Shown here one piece after another: positions 28,196 through 39,679 of a DNA stretch of 64,000 nucleotides. The position numbers were made by a program, and so were the translations under genes. Every line of letters starts with the position of its first letter. The stretch's first letter is position 1. The notes beneath the pieces are model-generated. The model searched no databases. It worked only from the letters and a program-made list of their open reading frames with translations, and had not been told where the DNA came from. This DNA is from Eledone cirrhosa (lineage: Eukaryota). Location: the NCBI GenBank assembly GCA_964016885.1, contig OZ024750.1, positions 51,646,001-51,710,000 on the forward strand, given 5' to 3'.

Positions 28196-28569
28196 GGGGA
28201 ATGTGAATTTGGGTGTAGATATTAAACAGTCATTTATTAACAAAGCTGTGATACATATTTCAATGGCGGACGAGACTAGGTGTTTGTTCAAACCGGCAAT
28301 CGGTCACGTGATCTCCTCAGGCCGCATCATTATGTAATAAGATTACGTTTCCGAAGAAATTCAGTCTAAATACAAGGGAATGTATCATAGCGTTGTTAAT
28401 AATCTTTCACATTGCACCGAAATACGAATTTTCCTTATTTTTATATATACTGCGTCACTGCCTGACAAATCATATTTGGAAGAAAACACATGACGTTGAG
28501 TGCTTCAATTGAATTGCATCGTTATTTACTGATTGGTGCGGTGATTTACTGATTTACTGATTTACTTCA

Positions 28570-28756
28570 GGGCGGTGGATTGGCAGTATCGGTAGAGGGT
28601 CAGACACCATGCTTTCCAGCATAGTTACGTCCCTTTACGATCTGAGTTCAAATCCCGCCGAGATTGACTTTGCCTTTCATCCTTACAGGGTCGATAAAAT
28701 AAAGTACCAGTAATGCACTGGGTGATTACTGGCCTTGTGCCTAAAGTAGAAACAGT
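28570..28756 (+). mobile_element. tRNA-derived SINE (Nin-domain type)
   Basis: Full A and B boxes and core; flanked by a duplicated gttatttactgattggtgcg. Confidence 0.9.
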
Positions 28757-28818
28757 TATTTACTGATTGGTGCGTTACATACGCAACGCCGTTTAGTCAG
28801 CATGTTTAGCATAAGTAC

Positions 28819-28952
<134 letters not shown>

Positions 28953-29160
28953 CTTATGATTAATTGAAGTCCAGGAAGGGTGAGAGTCCCAAACACATAA
29001 ATAATAGTTGAGAAATAAGAGGATCGTTTCCCCGTAGACGCCTGTATCTACTTTTTTTCGTCATCCAGATTAATTTACTTAAGTTTATCAAGTGATCAAG
29101 ATTGTGTTACGGTTGTTTATGCGTTTGGAAATCTTATATCTTCAAATGTATTTATATATA

Positions 29161-30105
29161 CTAACTGAGTAGCCCGTCGTTGCCGAGCAATAATCACAAC
29201 AGTATGACTTTATTTCAATTTTTTCCGACCATGTCTTCCCTGAAGTATAGTCGCCTTGATGAGGACGGATTTCTTTATTAATTGGGTCAATTTATAAACA
29301 ATGTTTGTTGATTTTCCATCTGGTACATAGTTCTAAAGATTTTTCTGACTTCCTACTCTTGAACATCCAACGTACAGCTAATTACGGGTGAGGCAGGGCT
29401 CTTCACTATGTAAACCGGCAACCTAAGTCATGGCAAAACTAACACTCACTGGAAATTGAATTCGTTTGAATTGAAATGGTACATCGGTGGGGATAAGAGG
29501 AATTCTTGGAGTGAACACATTCTTTCCACTACCACATTCTGTTGAAATGGTGGCTTGAATTACGTGTGAATACATGTTTTTCACAACCAATCGAGTGCCG
29601 TTGCATAGTGTTGGTGGGTCAAAATTCCTCAATAACATGATGGGTGCTCCTTCTTTAATTAATTGACAGCTTCCAACTGTTTCACCACAGTGTAGACAGA
29701 TCGATAGAGCTTCGAAACCTTTGGAATTCTTTTAAACAGCTCTTGATTTACCAATTTCACAGTCACATTTTTCGGAGCCAATATGACCCTTTAATTAAGT
29801 CACTTGTGACTTGTGAACTGATATTCAAGATTAACGAACACTCCTATCAGGCGGAATAATGATTCCACCATCGTTCCAATGGGATATATATCAATAGATC
29901 CCTTGTTATCTACTGGAAGTATTCCGTCCCCAAACATTAATAGATTCTTGGAGAACTGCCCTGATTGTTCGTCTTTACCAAGATACGCTCTCCTGTTTGT
30001 AACGAGCTTCAAAACTTGATAGAAGTCCAGTGTCGATATTTTCAAGCAGACTCAAACAGGCTCATCTATTGCCTTTTCGAATGACTGGGAGAGTTTGTCT
30101 AAAAT

Positions 30106-30175
<70 letters not shown>

Positions 30176-30214
30176 AAGTAGTAGTAATAGTAGTAGTAGT
30201 AGAAGTAGTAGTAA

Positions 30215-30282
<68 letters not shown>

Positions 30283-30394
30283 AAACATTCTCTTTGAGAC
30301 GGAGATTTCGGAAATGAAAACCGTTTTTCTCTAGGGCGCACCATTTCGGAGCCTTTGGGAGACATACAAATAAACACATTTGCACACATACACT

Positions 30395-30397
<3 letters not shown>
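29161..30397 (-). mobile_element. Internally deleted Helitron (PIF1 helicase C-terminal remnant)
   Basis: DFRQTLPV, LLRNFDPPTLCNGTRL, PRIPLIPTDVPFQFKRIQFPV..FAMT; 3' hairpin gctcggcaacgacgggc followed by ttag at 29161. Confidence 0.8.
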
Positions 30398-30448
<51 letters not shown>

Positions 30449-30667
30449 CGAGAATCGCATTTCGGCTGGTAGAAATTAGCGAAACGCAACTTCCGAAATG
30501 TGTAGACAAGCGCTCCATGGATATGAAGATACCAGAGCTATAAACATAAGTTAAAAATGTCATACAAACTGAGACGATGGTTAAGAACCCATTAAGCACC
30601 AGAGCCAAAAAAGCGAACAAGCTAAACGGGTCAAACAAAATAAGATATGATATATATATATATATAT

Positions 30668-31470
30668 ATTTAAAAGTTAAACAAGGTTCAATGAATAAAT
30701 CAAAGAATGATTATATTGTTTATATTATATAAACTGTTGTCAATATTATAAATAATTTTGGTAAAGTTTACCTTCGTGAGGTTGTAAAATCATTATATTT
30801 TCTTTCTCGTGTTTGTAAATCCTTTAAATTTGATTTCATAAAATTTGATTTTAGAAATTAAATTTGATAGTATACATTAATATTAATACAGATACTTATT
30901 AACTTTTAAAGCATAAAATATTATTCATTACTCTGAACTAATTTAAATTAAATATTTTGAATATTAACGGCCAACCAAATATGTTTAGATATATATTGTA
31001 TATATGGAAAATTGTCTAAAGACTTGAACATAAGTTATTCCTCTTTGTCTCTCTCTCTGTAATCAACTCTCTTTTCTTTTTCGAGGCCACTACTAACTAT
31101 ATTATCCCATCAGCTGTTTCTTCCTCTATGCTTTCCTTTCTTTCCTCTTTCTTCAGTAATTTAAATTATTTAACAGTTATATTGATGTCAAATATTTTTT
31201 AAACTGTCTCACACGCACCCTCTCTATTGTATGTATTATATATTTTTCTCATGTTCTCAATATTAAGGTATATAAATATTGAGTTTTGTAATATATTACT
31301 CACTACCACGACTGAATCTTAACCATCTACTATGTCAGGGTATGTCATGCATCATCTTATTTTATCTGATGAGGACGTACTGTTGAAGTTAACTCAGTAC
31401 CTCTGAAATATGTATAATTAAATATACTTGATCACAAGAATATCTATTTTGTTAATATTTTGAATTAATA
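30668..31470. mobile_element. PLE-type element remnant with hammerhead
   Basis: Tail at 30670-30710 is the reverse complement of 35170-35206; right end homologous to 17985-18150. Confidence 0.55.
31358..31424 (+). ncRNA. Type I hammerhead motif
   Basis: tattttat-CTGATGA-ggacgtactg...cagtacctct-GAAA-tatgta-TA-attaaata. Confidence 0.65.
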
Positions 31471-31542
31471 TATATATATATAGTAATAATAATAAATTTG
31501 AAGACTAAATATATATATATATATATATATATATAGGAGAAA

Positions 31543-31650
31543 GGAAGACCCCGACGGCAGAGCTCAAGCCGTTTCGACGGCTAATTCTTGACTAAATTAG
31601 AATTTTTAGCCTGGTGAATAAATACCCGAACTTGTCAAGGGGGTACTTCC
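31543..31650 (-). ncRNA. Type I hammerhead, U3-A8 core variant
   Basis: ggaagtaccccc-TTGACAA-g..long helix II..c-GAAA-cggc(ttgagctct)gccg-TC-ggggtcttcc. Confidence 0.65.
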
Positions 31651-33472
31651 TTATATGAGAAGAGGATTAATTAAAATTTGTTGTAAACTCAAATAAGTCT
31701 ATCATGGCATTTATGGGAGGTAGGGGTGGCTGAACTTGCCTGTAGAACAATAGGGGAGTGAGTGGAGCGGTCAGGCGTTGAAAGTGATATGTATACAGCA
31801 GATTCTAAGGATGGTGTATGAAGTGGAGGAGGGAGGTTATAGAATAGGTAAATCGAATGTGAGTAGGAGACAATAAAAAATACTAGAAAGAAATAAAAAA
31901 TATATGAAATAAGATAGTGAGAAATGAATAAAAAAATCACAATGCTATCTTACAATTACAGGTTAATAAGTTGAGAATAGAAAAAAACTTGTAGAAATTA
32001 CAAAATTGATACAAAATTAAAGGGGTTTAACACATCTGCTGTAAGTAGTTAGTAAAACGTATTAGGCCAATTCTATCTTAAAATTACAGGGGTGGCGGAA
32101 CTGATGCTACCGAGGCTCGATGGGCTGCATCGGGGTAGGCCAAAGGGGAAAAGCAGACGAGGAAGAAAATAGGGGTGGAAGGAAGTGATAGGATGAGACG
32201 GGGGAAGAAGAAGACAGAGAGGAAAAGAAAAGAGATATAACTACCTATGCAAGCTGGGGTTTCCCCTAGCTTATTAGGCTAGTGTGGGGGAGGGGTATCA
32301 ACCCTTGTCTACCCACCCGGGTCGTTATGGGGTTTGAGGGCGAGGTAAGTCCGACGCAATCTGTGTTGGCATGCGGTTACCAGTTCGTCTTTCATGTTTA
32401 GGAGTTGGTCCTTCGAAAACAACATTTGCAATGTTTCCTCCGAGCATAAGTTACACGGACAGCGTCCTCCCGTGTAAGAGTTAGTTCTGGACACTAAACT
32501 CCAAATGAGATTGTAGATTATATTATTATCTTGGAGGTTCCGACACGCCACTACACTTTCTGGCCACATCTGGGACCTCCAAGATAATAAAATAACCTAC
32601 ACTCTCACTTGGAGCTTACTGTCTACAGCTAACTCTTACACGGGAAGACGCCGTCCATGTAACTTATGCTCCGGGGAAACATTACATATGCTGTTTTCGA
32701 AGGACCAACTCCTAAACAAGAAAGACGAACTAGTAACCGCATGTAAACACAGATTGCGTAGGACTTACCTCGCCCTCAAACCCCATAACGACCCGGGTGG
32801 GTAGACAAGGGCTGATCCCCCCACACACACACTTGCCGAATAAGCTAGGGGAAACCCCAGCTTACATAGGTAGTTGTATCTCTTTTCTTTTCCTATCTGT
32901 CTTCTTCCCACGTCTCATCCTATCACCCCTTCCACCCCCTATTTTATTCCTCGTCTGCTTTTCCCCTTTCGCCTACTTAGATGCAGCCCATCGGGCCTCG
33001 GTAGCATCAGTTCCCCCACCGCTGCCATTTTAAGATAGAATTGGCCTAATACGTTTTACTAACTACTTACAGCAGATGTGTTAAACCCCTTTAATTTTGT
33101 ATCAGTTTTGTAATTTCTACAAGTTTTTTCTATTCTCAACTTATTAACCTCTAATTGTAAGATAGCATTGTGATTTTTTTATTCATTTCTCACTATCTAA
33201 TTTTATATTTTTTTTTTCTTTGTAGTATCTTTTATTGTCTCCTACTCTCATTCGATTTACCTATTCTATAACCGCCCTCCTCCACTTCATACACCATCCT
33301 TAGAATCTGCTGTATACATATCACTTTCAACGCTTGACCGCTCCACTCACTCCCCTATTGTTCTACAGAGAAGTTCAGCCACCCCTACCTCCCACAAATG
33401 CCACGATAGACTTATTTGAGTTTACACAAAATTTTAACCAATCCTCTTGACAACTACAGTCTTCCCATATAA

Positions 33473-33580
33473 GGAAGTACCCCCTTGACAAGCTCAGCTA
33501 TTTATTCACCAGGCTAAAAATTCTAATTTAGTCCAGAAATAGCCGTCGAAACGGCTTGAGCTCTGCCGTCGGGGTCTTAC
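33473..33580 (+). ncRNA. Type I hammerhead, U3-A8 core variant
   Basis: Same fold; helix II gctattt/aaatagc and ggctaaa/tttagtc; GUC cleavage triplet at 33568-33570. Confidence 0.7.
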
Positions 33581-33777
33581 TTTTTCCTATTTCCCAATCT
33601 ACTACCCCAAGTATTGAGTACTCTGGTGCGTTATGGTCCATCTGGTTCCTTACCACAATTCCTTTGTTATATATATATATATGTGAAGTAATTCCGTCGG
33701 AAAGGGCCAGGAAAAAAGAGTGCTCTATGTAGGTTACAGAGCTTAATAGTTATGTAATAAACAACATAAGGCAATTA

Positions 33778-33838
33778 TTTCATTTTCCAGTGGTTTCTTG
33801 AAAGCAAACAAATTTTGCTTTCAATCATCAGAATGAAA
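33778..33838 (-). ncRNA. Hammerhead motif with mutated cleavage triplet
   Basis: Same as 34866-34926 but GTA is replaced by GAA. Confidence 0.6.
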
Positions 33839-34017
33839 AAATCCTGGTGTATTTATTGACATTGGATTTTAAAAACAAAAATATAATCTATATGAAATTG
33901 AGGCTGGAAAAGAAAGAAGGAAAGGAAAAATAAACACACATGCACACACACACATACACACAATTACATACACACACATATATACATACACACATATATA
34001 TATATATACATACATAT

Positions 34018-34095
<78 letters not shown>

Positions 34096-34254
34096 ATACT
34101 TTGGGAGGGTCATGTTGCCAATAAGAAACACACGCACCAGTTGCTTTCACTTCAATTTAATTTAATATATATTTATAAATTTACAAATTTATAAATTTAT
34201 AAATTTCTGGTTGGTTGGTTGGTTCCACAACCAGATAGTTGTTTATATATATAT

Positions 34255-34299
34255 AGTCATAGTTCTTTCGTCACACACTCTGTGACCTCTTCAGTGACT
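34255..34299 (-). ncRNA. Minimal type I hammerhead motif
   Basis: Exact inverted copy of 34419-34463. Confidence 0.7.
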
Positions 34300-34418
34300 G
34301 GGGATTTCTTTCTTCGTTTCTGTGCCTTTCCTTTCTTCTATCCTACGCCATTTTCGAAAATGGCGTAGGATAGAAGATAGAAGAAAGGAAAGGCACAGAA
34401 ACGAAGAAAGAAATCCCC

Positions 34419-34463
34419 AGTCACTGAAGAGGTCACAGAGTGTGTGACGAAAGAACTATGACT
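34419..34463 (+). ncRNA. Minimal type I hammerhead motif
   Basis: agtca-CTGAAGA-ggtcaca(gagtg)tgtgac-GAAA-gaac-TA-tgact. Confidence 0.7.
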
Positions 34464-34684
34464 ATATATATATAAACAACTATCTGGTTGTGGAACCAAC
34501 CAACCAACCAGAAATTTATAAATTTATAAATTTGTAAATTTATAAATATATATTAAATTAAATTGAAGTGAAAGCAACTGGTGCGTGTGTTTCTTATTGG
34601 CAACATGACCCTCCCAAAGTATAACAATATCGGTTTCAACACACGATTTCAGATAAAGAATCTTGCTAAACAAATTCAGAAACG

Positions 34685-34724
<40 letters not shown>

Positions 34725-34865
34725 ATGTATATATGTGTGTGTATGTAATTGTGTGTGTGTGCATGTGTGTTTATTTTTCCTTTCCTTCTTCCTTTTCCAG
34801 CCTCACTTTCATATAGATTATATTTTTGTTTTTAAAATCCAATGTCAATAAATACACCAAGATTT

Positions 34866-34926
34866 TTTCATTCTGATGATTGAAAGCAAAATTTGTTTGC
34901 TTTCAAGAAACCACTGGTAAATGAAA
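34866..34926 (+). ncRNA. Canonical type I hammerhead ribozyme
   Basis: tttcatt-CTGATGA-ttgaaagcaaa/tttgctttcaa-GAAA-ccactgg-TA-aatgaaa; 7-bp helix I and 11-bp helix II. Confidence 0.85.
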
Positions 34927-34951
34927 TAATTGCCTTATGTTGTTTATTACA

Positions 34952-35032
<81 letters not shown>

Positions 35033-35034
<2 letters not shown>

Positions 35035-35208
35035 CTCAGTACCTCTGAAATATATATAATAAAATATATTTGATCACATGAATGTCTATATTTATTAATA
35101 TTTTGAAGTAATATTAATAACTCCAGAAAACCTTTTTGTCGAGTGCTTCTAATCTATTGTAAAACTTCATTCATTGATTAATCAATGAACCTTGTTAAAC
35201 TTTTGGTT
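35033..35208 (+). mobile_element. PLE-type 3' end with hammerhead 3' half and tail
   Basis: cagtacctctGAAAtatataTAataaaata followed by gagtgcttct. Confidence 0.6.
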
Positions 35209-35215
35209 ATATATA

Positions 35216-35428
35216 TGGAAAAAATGAAATTTCATGTCTCACTCTTAGTACGGCTGATACTTAAATATAAGTATGTATACGTACATTCATATATGTATAC
35301 AGACGTACACTAGTATGTATATACATACATGCACACATTTATATATATATGTACGTGTCAGTTTACCGAACATTTATTATAATGCTCGGTTTGTTTGTAA
35401 ACAAACAGCCCGAATTAGTAGCCGTACT
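35216..35428 (-). mobile_element. Partial copy of the retrozyme-like family
   Basis: Shares cactcttagtacggctg and ccgaacatttattataatgctcgg. Confidence 0.75.
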
Positions 35429-35429
35429 A

Positions 35430-36158
35430 ATACAGTGGAGGAGGCAGAGGATTTGATGCAAGAAGTTGAGACTGTCGATGAGTGTGGGGCTAAGAATGAA
35501 TGAGACTAAAACAAAATATCTGGTCGAGAATGTTGAGAAGCCAGAGGGGATCACTAATGTAGGCGGGAAGCCGCTGGAATTGGTTGAGGACTTCCTGTAT
35601 TTGGGAGAAAAGATTGGGAATACGGAAGACGATGTGGTTGAGAGGAAGCGAAAAGCCTGGGCGGCGTGCCACAGCTTGAGATCGGTGTGGAAGTCGGACC
35701 TTTGTAAAGACCTGAAAATCCGCCTCTTCATTGCTGTAGTGGAGTCTGTGCTGGTGTACGGGTCTGAGACTTGGACACTGCCCAAGAAACTCACTCAGAT
35801 GGTGGATGGGTGCTACACGAGAATGCTGAGGATCGCTCCGAACATTATTCAGTATACACTGAGGATGAAAAACTCAGAGCTGTATGGGAGCCTCCCAAAA
35901 GTCAGCTCAAAAGTGACACAGAGGAGACTGAGGTTAGCTGGACATGCTCACCGACATCCAGAGTTGTCATTGCACTCAGTGCTCCTGTGGGAGACCCTAC
36001 ATGGACACACTAGAAGAGGAAGACCAAGGTTAACGTATGTTGATACCCTAAGGGCAGACACTGGTCTGTTGGAGACGCAGGACCTGGCAGCGATAATGAG
36101 GGACAGAGACCGCTGGAGAGAACTCGTCCATGGATCTCGGGAATTTTACCCGCCCTAG
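35430..36158 (+). mobile_element. 3' fragment of an RTE-clade LINE (open RT C-terminal frame)
   Basis: VEDFLYLG, LKIRLFIAVVESVLVYGSETWTL, DGCYTRMLR, RRLRLAGH, RGRPRLTYVD. Confidence 0.85.
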
Positions 36159-36203
36159 AATATATGTATGTGTGTGTGAGGGTGTGTAAATATGTATGTA
36201 TGT

Positions 36204-36950
36204 TTCAGAGCTGGTCTCTGTCTGCTACTAGTACCATGTAGCACTGTATAACCTGTTTCATGGTCGCCTGATCGGTCACTAGACCGGCTGCCCCACCATA
36301 CACTGATCTCTTACCCTCCCCCACCCCCACCATACCCTGGGGAGGGTAAGAGGAAACACAGTAACACAAAAATAAGAGCTGTCAAAGAACGGATGAACTC
36401 CAGAGTCAACAACCATCCACCCCGTATATGGGTTAGATAGCCTCACCAACCCGCAATTGGCCAAGCATGGTGAGTACGGCTGCACCCTCTGACAATAACA
36501 CATGCGATCCTCATTATCCTGCTTTGTACACATAGCTTGGGTGGGTGGGAGAGGGGTCGGTTCTATGTGTTGCATAAGCACGTAGCATTGCCATCTTTAT
36601 GTGCAGATATCGTTTCACAAGTTCCCCAGCAATGATGGAATGGCAACGTGTACAGATTCAGTGGGTTAGAAGCATAATTGTCATAAATCTACACGTGGGC
36701 GACTCCAGTTTTATCCTAACATCGCTGCACAGTTAACCTGAACAGCAACATGTTCGGCCGAGTCTGGGCAGCCATTTATGGAGACGCATTACTCACCCAT
36801 ACCACATAGAGTCTAGAAAAGGTGACCTAAAGAAAGCCTGTTCAGTCATCAAACTGGCCAACAAGCTATAGTTGGCGGTGGTTCAGAATAGCAGGGAATT
36901 CGTTGAAGAGACGGCCGCCTTCTGTAAAGAGGTGACAGTTATCAAATAAA
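36204..36950 (+). mobile_element. Decayed 5' portion of an RTE-like element between (TATG)n tracts
   Basis: First 90 bp are similar to the reverse complement of 14125-14215. Confidence 0.4.
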
Positions 36951-37006
36951 ATGTATTTATGTATGTATGTATGTATGTATGTATGTATGTATGTATGTAT
37001 GTATGT

Positions 37007-37420
37007 CCGGGAGAGATGACCCCTTAGCCTTTGTCAAGGCAGAATTCTAGGAGAAGGAAAACTCTGATATAACACCTGCAACCCTGATGGTATACAATGA
37101 TGTTGACTTGTTCTTCTTTTTGGTAAATATCATCTTGGTTAAGAGAGTGGGACTGGCTTTGTGCAGTGCCTTTGCTCACTATAAAAGCTTCACGGCACAG
37201 GCATTGCTTTATATCTGGAGATCTCTCTGCACTTGTCATCACATAGTACCATGGGCCCAGCACTATGTGTCAATAATTGTCACACGTGTAGTGTTTGTAC
37301 CAGAGTTTTCAAGTGGCTGGCTGGACTAAAAGGTCACACTCGTTCAGCGCATCGGTAGGGGTTCTCCTACATGGATATAAAGTAGTGGCCGTACTCGAAA
37401 ACGAGTTGGCAGCCACCATG
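37007..37420 (+). mobile_element. About 415-bp non-autonomous element, second copy
   Basis: Inverted copy of 13603-14015; (TATG)n on both sides. Confidence 0.7.
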
Positions 37421-37527
37421 TATGTATGTATGTATTTATGTATGTATGTACGCATGTATGTACGTATGTATTTATGTAGGTAGGTTGGTATGTAAGTATG
37501 CATGTATATATATATGTATGTATGTGC

Positions 37528-37572
<45 letters not shown>

Positions 37573-37577
<5 letters not shown>

Positions 37578-38408
37578 GGAAAAAATGAAAGGAAATTTCA
37601 TTTCCCACTCTTAGTACGGCTGTTACTTAAATATAAGTTCGTACACGTACATACATATATGTATACAGACGCACAGTAGTATGTATATATATATACATAC
37701 ATGCACACATATATATATGTACGTATGGATTCACCGTAAACGATAAACGTTCCTTTGTCAGTGTTGAACAAACGAGCAACGATGGTTGCTGGACACTACG
37801 GCTTAATACGGGATGTTTGTTTACAAACACACCGAGCATTATAATAAATGTTCGGTGAATCCATACGTACATATATATATGTGTGCATGTATGTAAATAT
37901 ATATACATACTACTGTGCGTCTGTATACATATATGTATGTACGTGTACATACTTATATTTAAGTAACAGCCGTACTAAGAGTTGGAAATGAAATTTCGTT
38001 TCATTTTTTCCGTTTATCGTTTTCGGTGCACCCGGCCGATTAACCAACTTGATATGCCAATTGGGCTTCTCAGCTGTTAATATGCATAAGGTAAGTATAT
38101 ACGTTAAACAATCTGACAGGAAGGTATGCATTGCTGACGATAGCTAATAAGCTTGAAACTAGTACAGCGTTCCTTTGTCGGTGTTGAACAAACGAGCAAC
38201 GATGGTTGCTGGACACTACGGCTTAATACGGGATGTTTGTTTACAAACACACCGAGCATTATAATAAATGTTCGGTGAATCCATACGTACATATATATAT
38301 GTGTGCATGTATATATATATACATACTACTGTGCGTCTAGTATACATACTTATATTTAAGTAACAGCCGTACTAAGAGTGGGAAATGAAATTTCGTTTCA
38401 TTTTTTCC

Positions 38409-38412
<4 letters not shown>
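37573..38412 (+). mobile_element. Retrozyme-like non-coding element: inverted segment plus 1.6 tandem units (420-bp period)
   Basis: Repeat starts cgttcctttgtc at 37748 and 38168; hammerhead at the unit junction; 37573-37738 is an inverted copy of the 3' end; (AT)n flanks. Confidence 0.8.
38131..38167 (+). ncRNA. Minimal type I hammerhead motif
   Basis: ttg-CTGACGA-tagc(taataa)gctt-GAAA-ctag-TA-cag; palindromic helix III actagt. Confidence 0.75.
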
Positions 38413-38465
<53 letters not shown>

Positions 38466-38588
38466 GGAGGTGAGTTTTATTGTAGTACAATAAAGCAATG
38501 CAGATATCGGATCAGAAGCACTCTACAGTTTGTAGGACTGGAGTATACATAATATAAGATCAAAAGATGGTTAAAGGAGTTCCATGTA

Positions 38589-38655
38589 TTTTATTATGCG
38601 CATTTCAAAAACAAACATCATCATGCAATAATATTTGTGTTTTCATCAGATAAAA
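38589..38655 (-). ncRNA. Type I hammerhead ribozyme in the PLE 3' UTR
   Basis: ttttat-CTGATGA-aaacacaaatatta...tgatgtttgttttt-GAAA-tgcgca-TA-ataaaa; palindromic helix III. Confidence 0.85.
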
Positions 38656-39679
38656 CAGGAGAACATGATATGAAGGCTAAAAAACACTTGTGGATAGTGC
38701 AGTTTTAAATCAACATATGAAAAGTGGTTTTAGATTGATGTGTGATATTGGGAAAAATATTTTATTTAGAGAGGGGGGGGGAGGATGAAAAAGGGGAGGA
38801 GATGAGAGGGAGAGATGGGTGATAGAGAGAAAGAGATAGTTTTTATAACTGAGAGGAGATATATTGTTTTACATAGAGAGGTTGAAAACCGTTGGAAGAT
38901 AATGTATAAATTAAAAATTTGAAAATTAACGAAGGGAGGATATGTGCGAGGAAAGAATATTTTATTTAGGGAGGGGGGGTGTAAAGGATGAAAAAAGGGG
39001 GAGGAGATGAGAGTGAAGGTGGAGAGGGAGAGATGGGTGATAGAGAGAAAGAGATAGTTTTTATATTTGAGAAAAAGATATATTGTTTTACATAGAGAGG
39101 TTGAGAACCGTTGGAAGATAATGTATAAATTAAAGGAATTTGAAAATTAACGAAGGGAATTTATGTATGAAGATAGAGAGAAAAAATAATAATTGTGATG
39201 AATATTCTAACGTCAAAAAAAGTGTGTGTTGATAAGTATTGTGGCAATTTCAAAATTAACGAAGAGAAAAATTATTAAGGTTTGTGTGTAGAAGGATTTG
39301 AGAAAAATAATGTAAAGTTAAAGTTTGTATATTGAAGGAATTGATAATATATGCGAATAAAGAGTTAATATGTATTAAGAATGAGTTCGTTGATGGGGAG
39401 AAAAAAAATAATAAATTAAGGATGAAATTGAGATTAAAAAGATTTATGATAGAGAGAAAAAATAATAATGATAGCGGATGAATATTCTAACGTCAAAAAA
39501 ATAAATGTATATGTTATGAAGGATTTTACAAGGTGAAGATAGAATGAGGGTAATGAGTAAACAAGTATTATAGAGTGTATAATGCCCTTTAAAGTAAGGT
39601 GGGAAGATGGGTATATTTTAAAGAGGTGTATGTATATGTGCCTTTGAGAAAAGATTCTAAATTGATAAAGAATTGAATA

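Larger units (their letters stand above)
31535..33670. mobile_element. Fold-back pair of Naiad-type PLE 3' fragments (about 1-kb diverged inverted arms)
   Basis: Both arms encode the endonuclease end LQDNNIIYNLIWSLV..SY..CNLC.EE..LLN.KDELVTAC.HR. Arms 31535-32545 (-) and 32572-33590 (+); tail only on the right; (AT)n flanks. Confidence 0.85.
33683..34958. mobile_element. Nested fold-back elements forming a 1.2-kb palindrome
   Basis: Outer arms 33746 to about 33990 and about 34720 to 34958; inner arms 34091-34355 and 34356-34628 with zero spacer (cgccattttc|gaaaatggcg). Confidence 0.85.
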
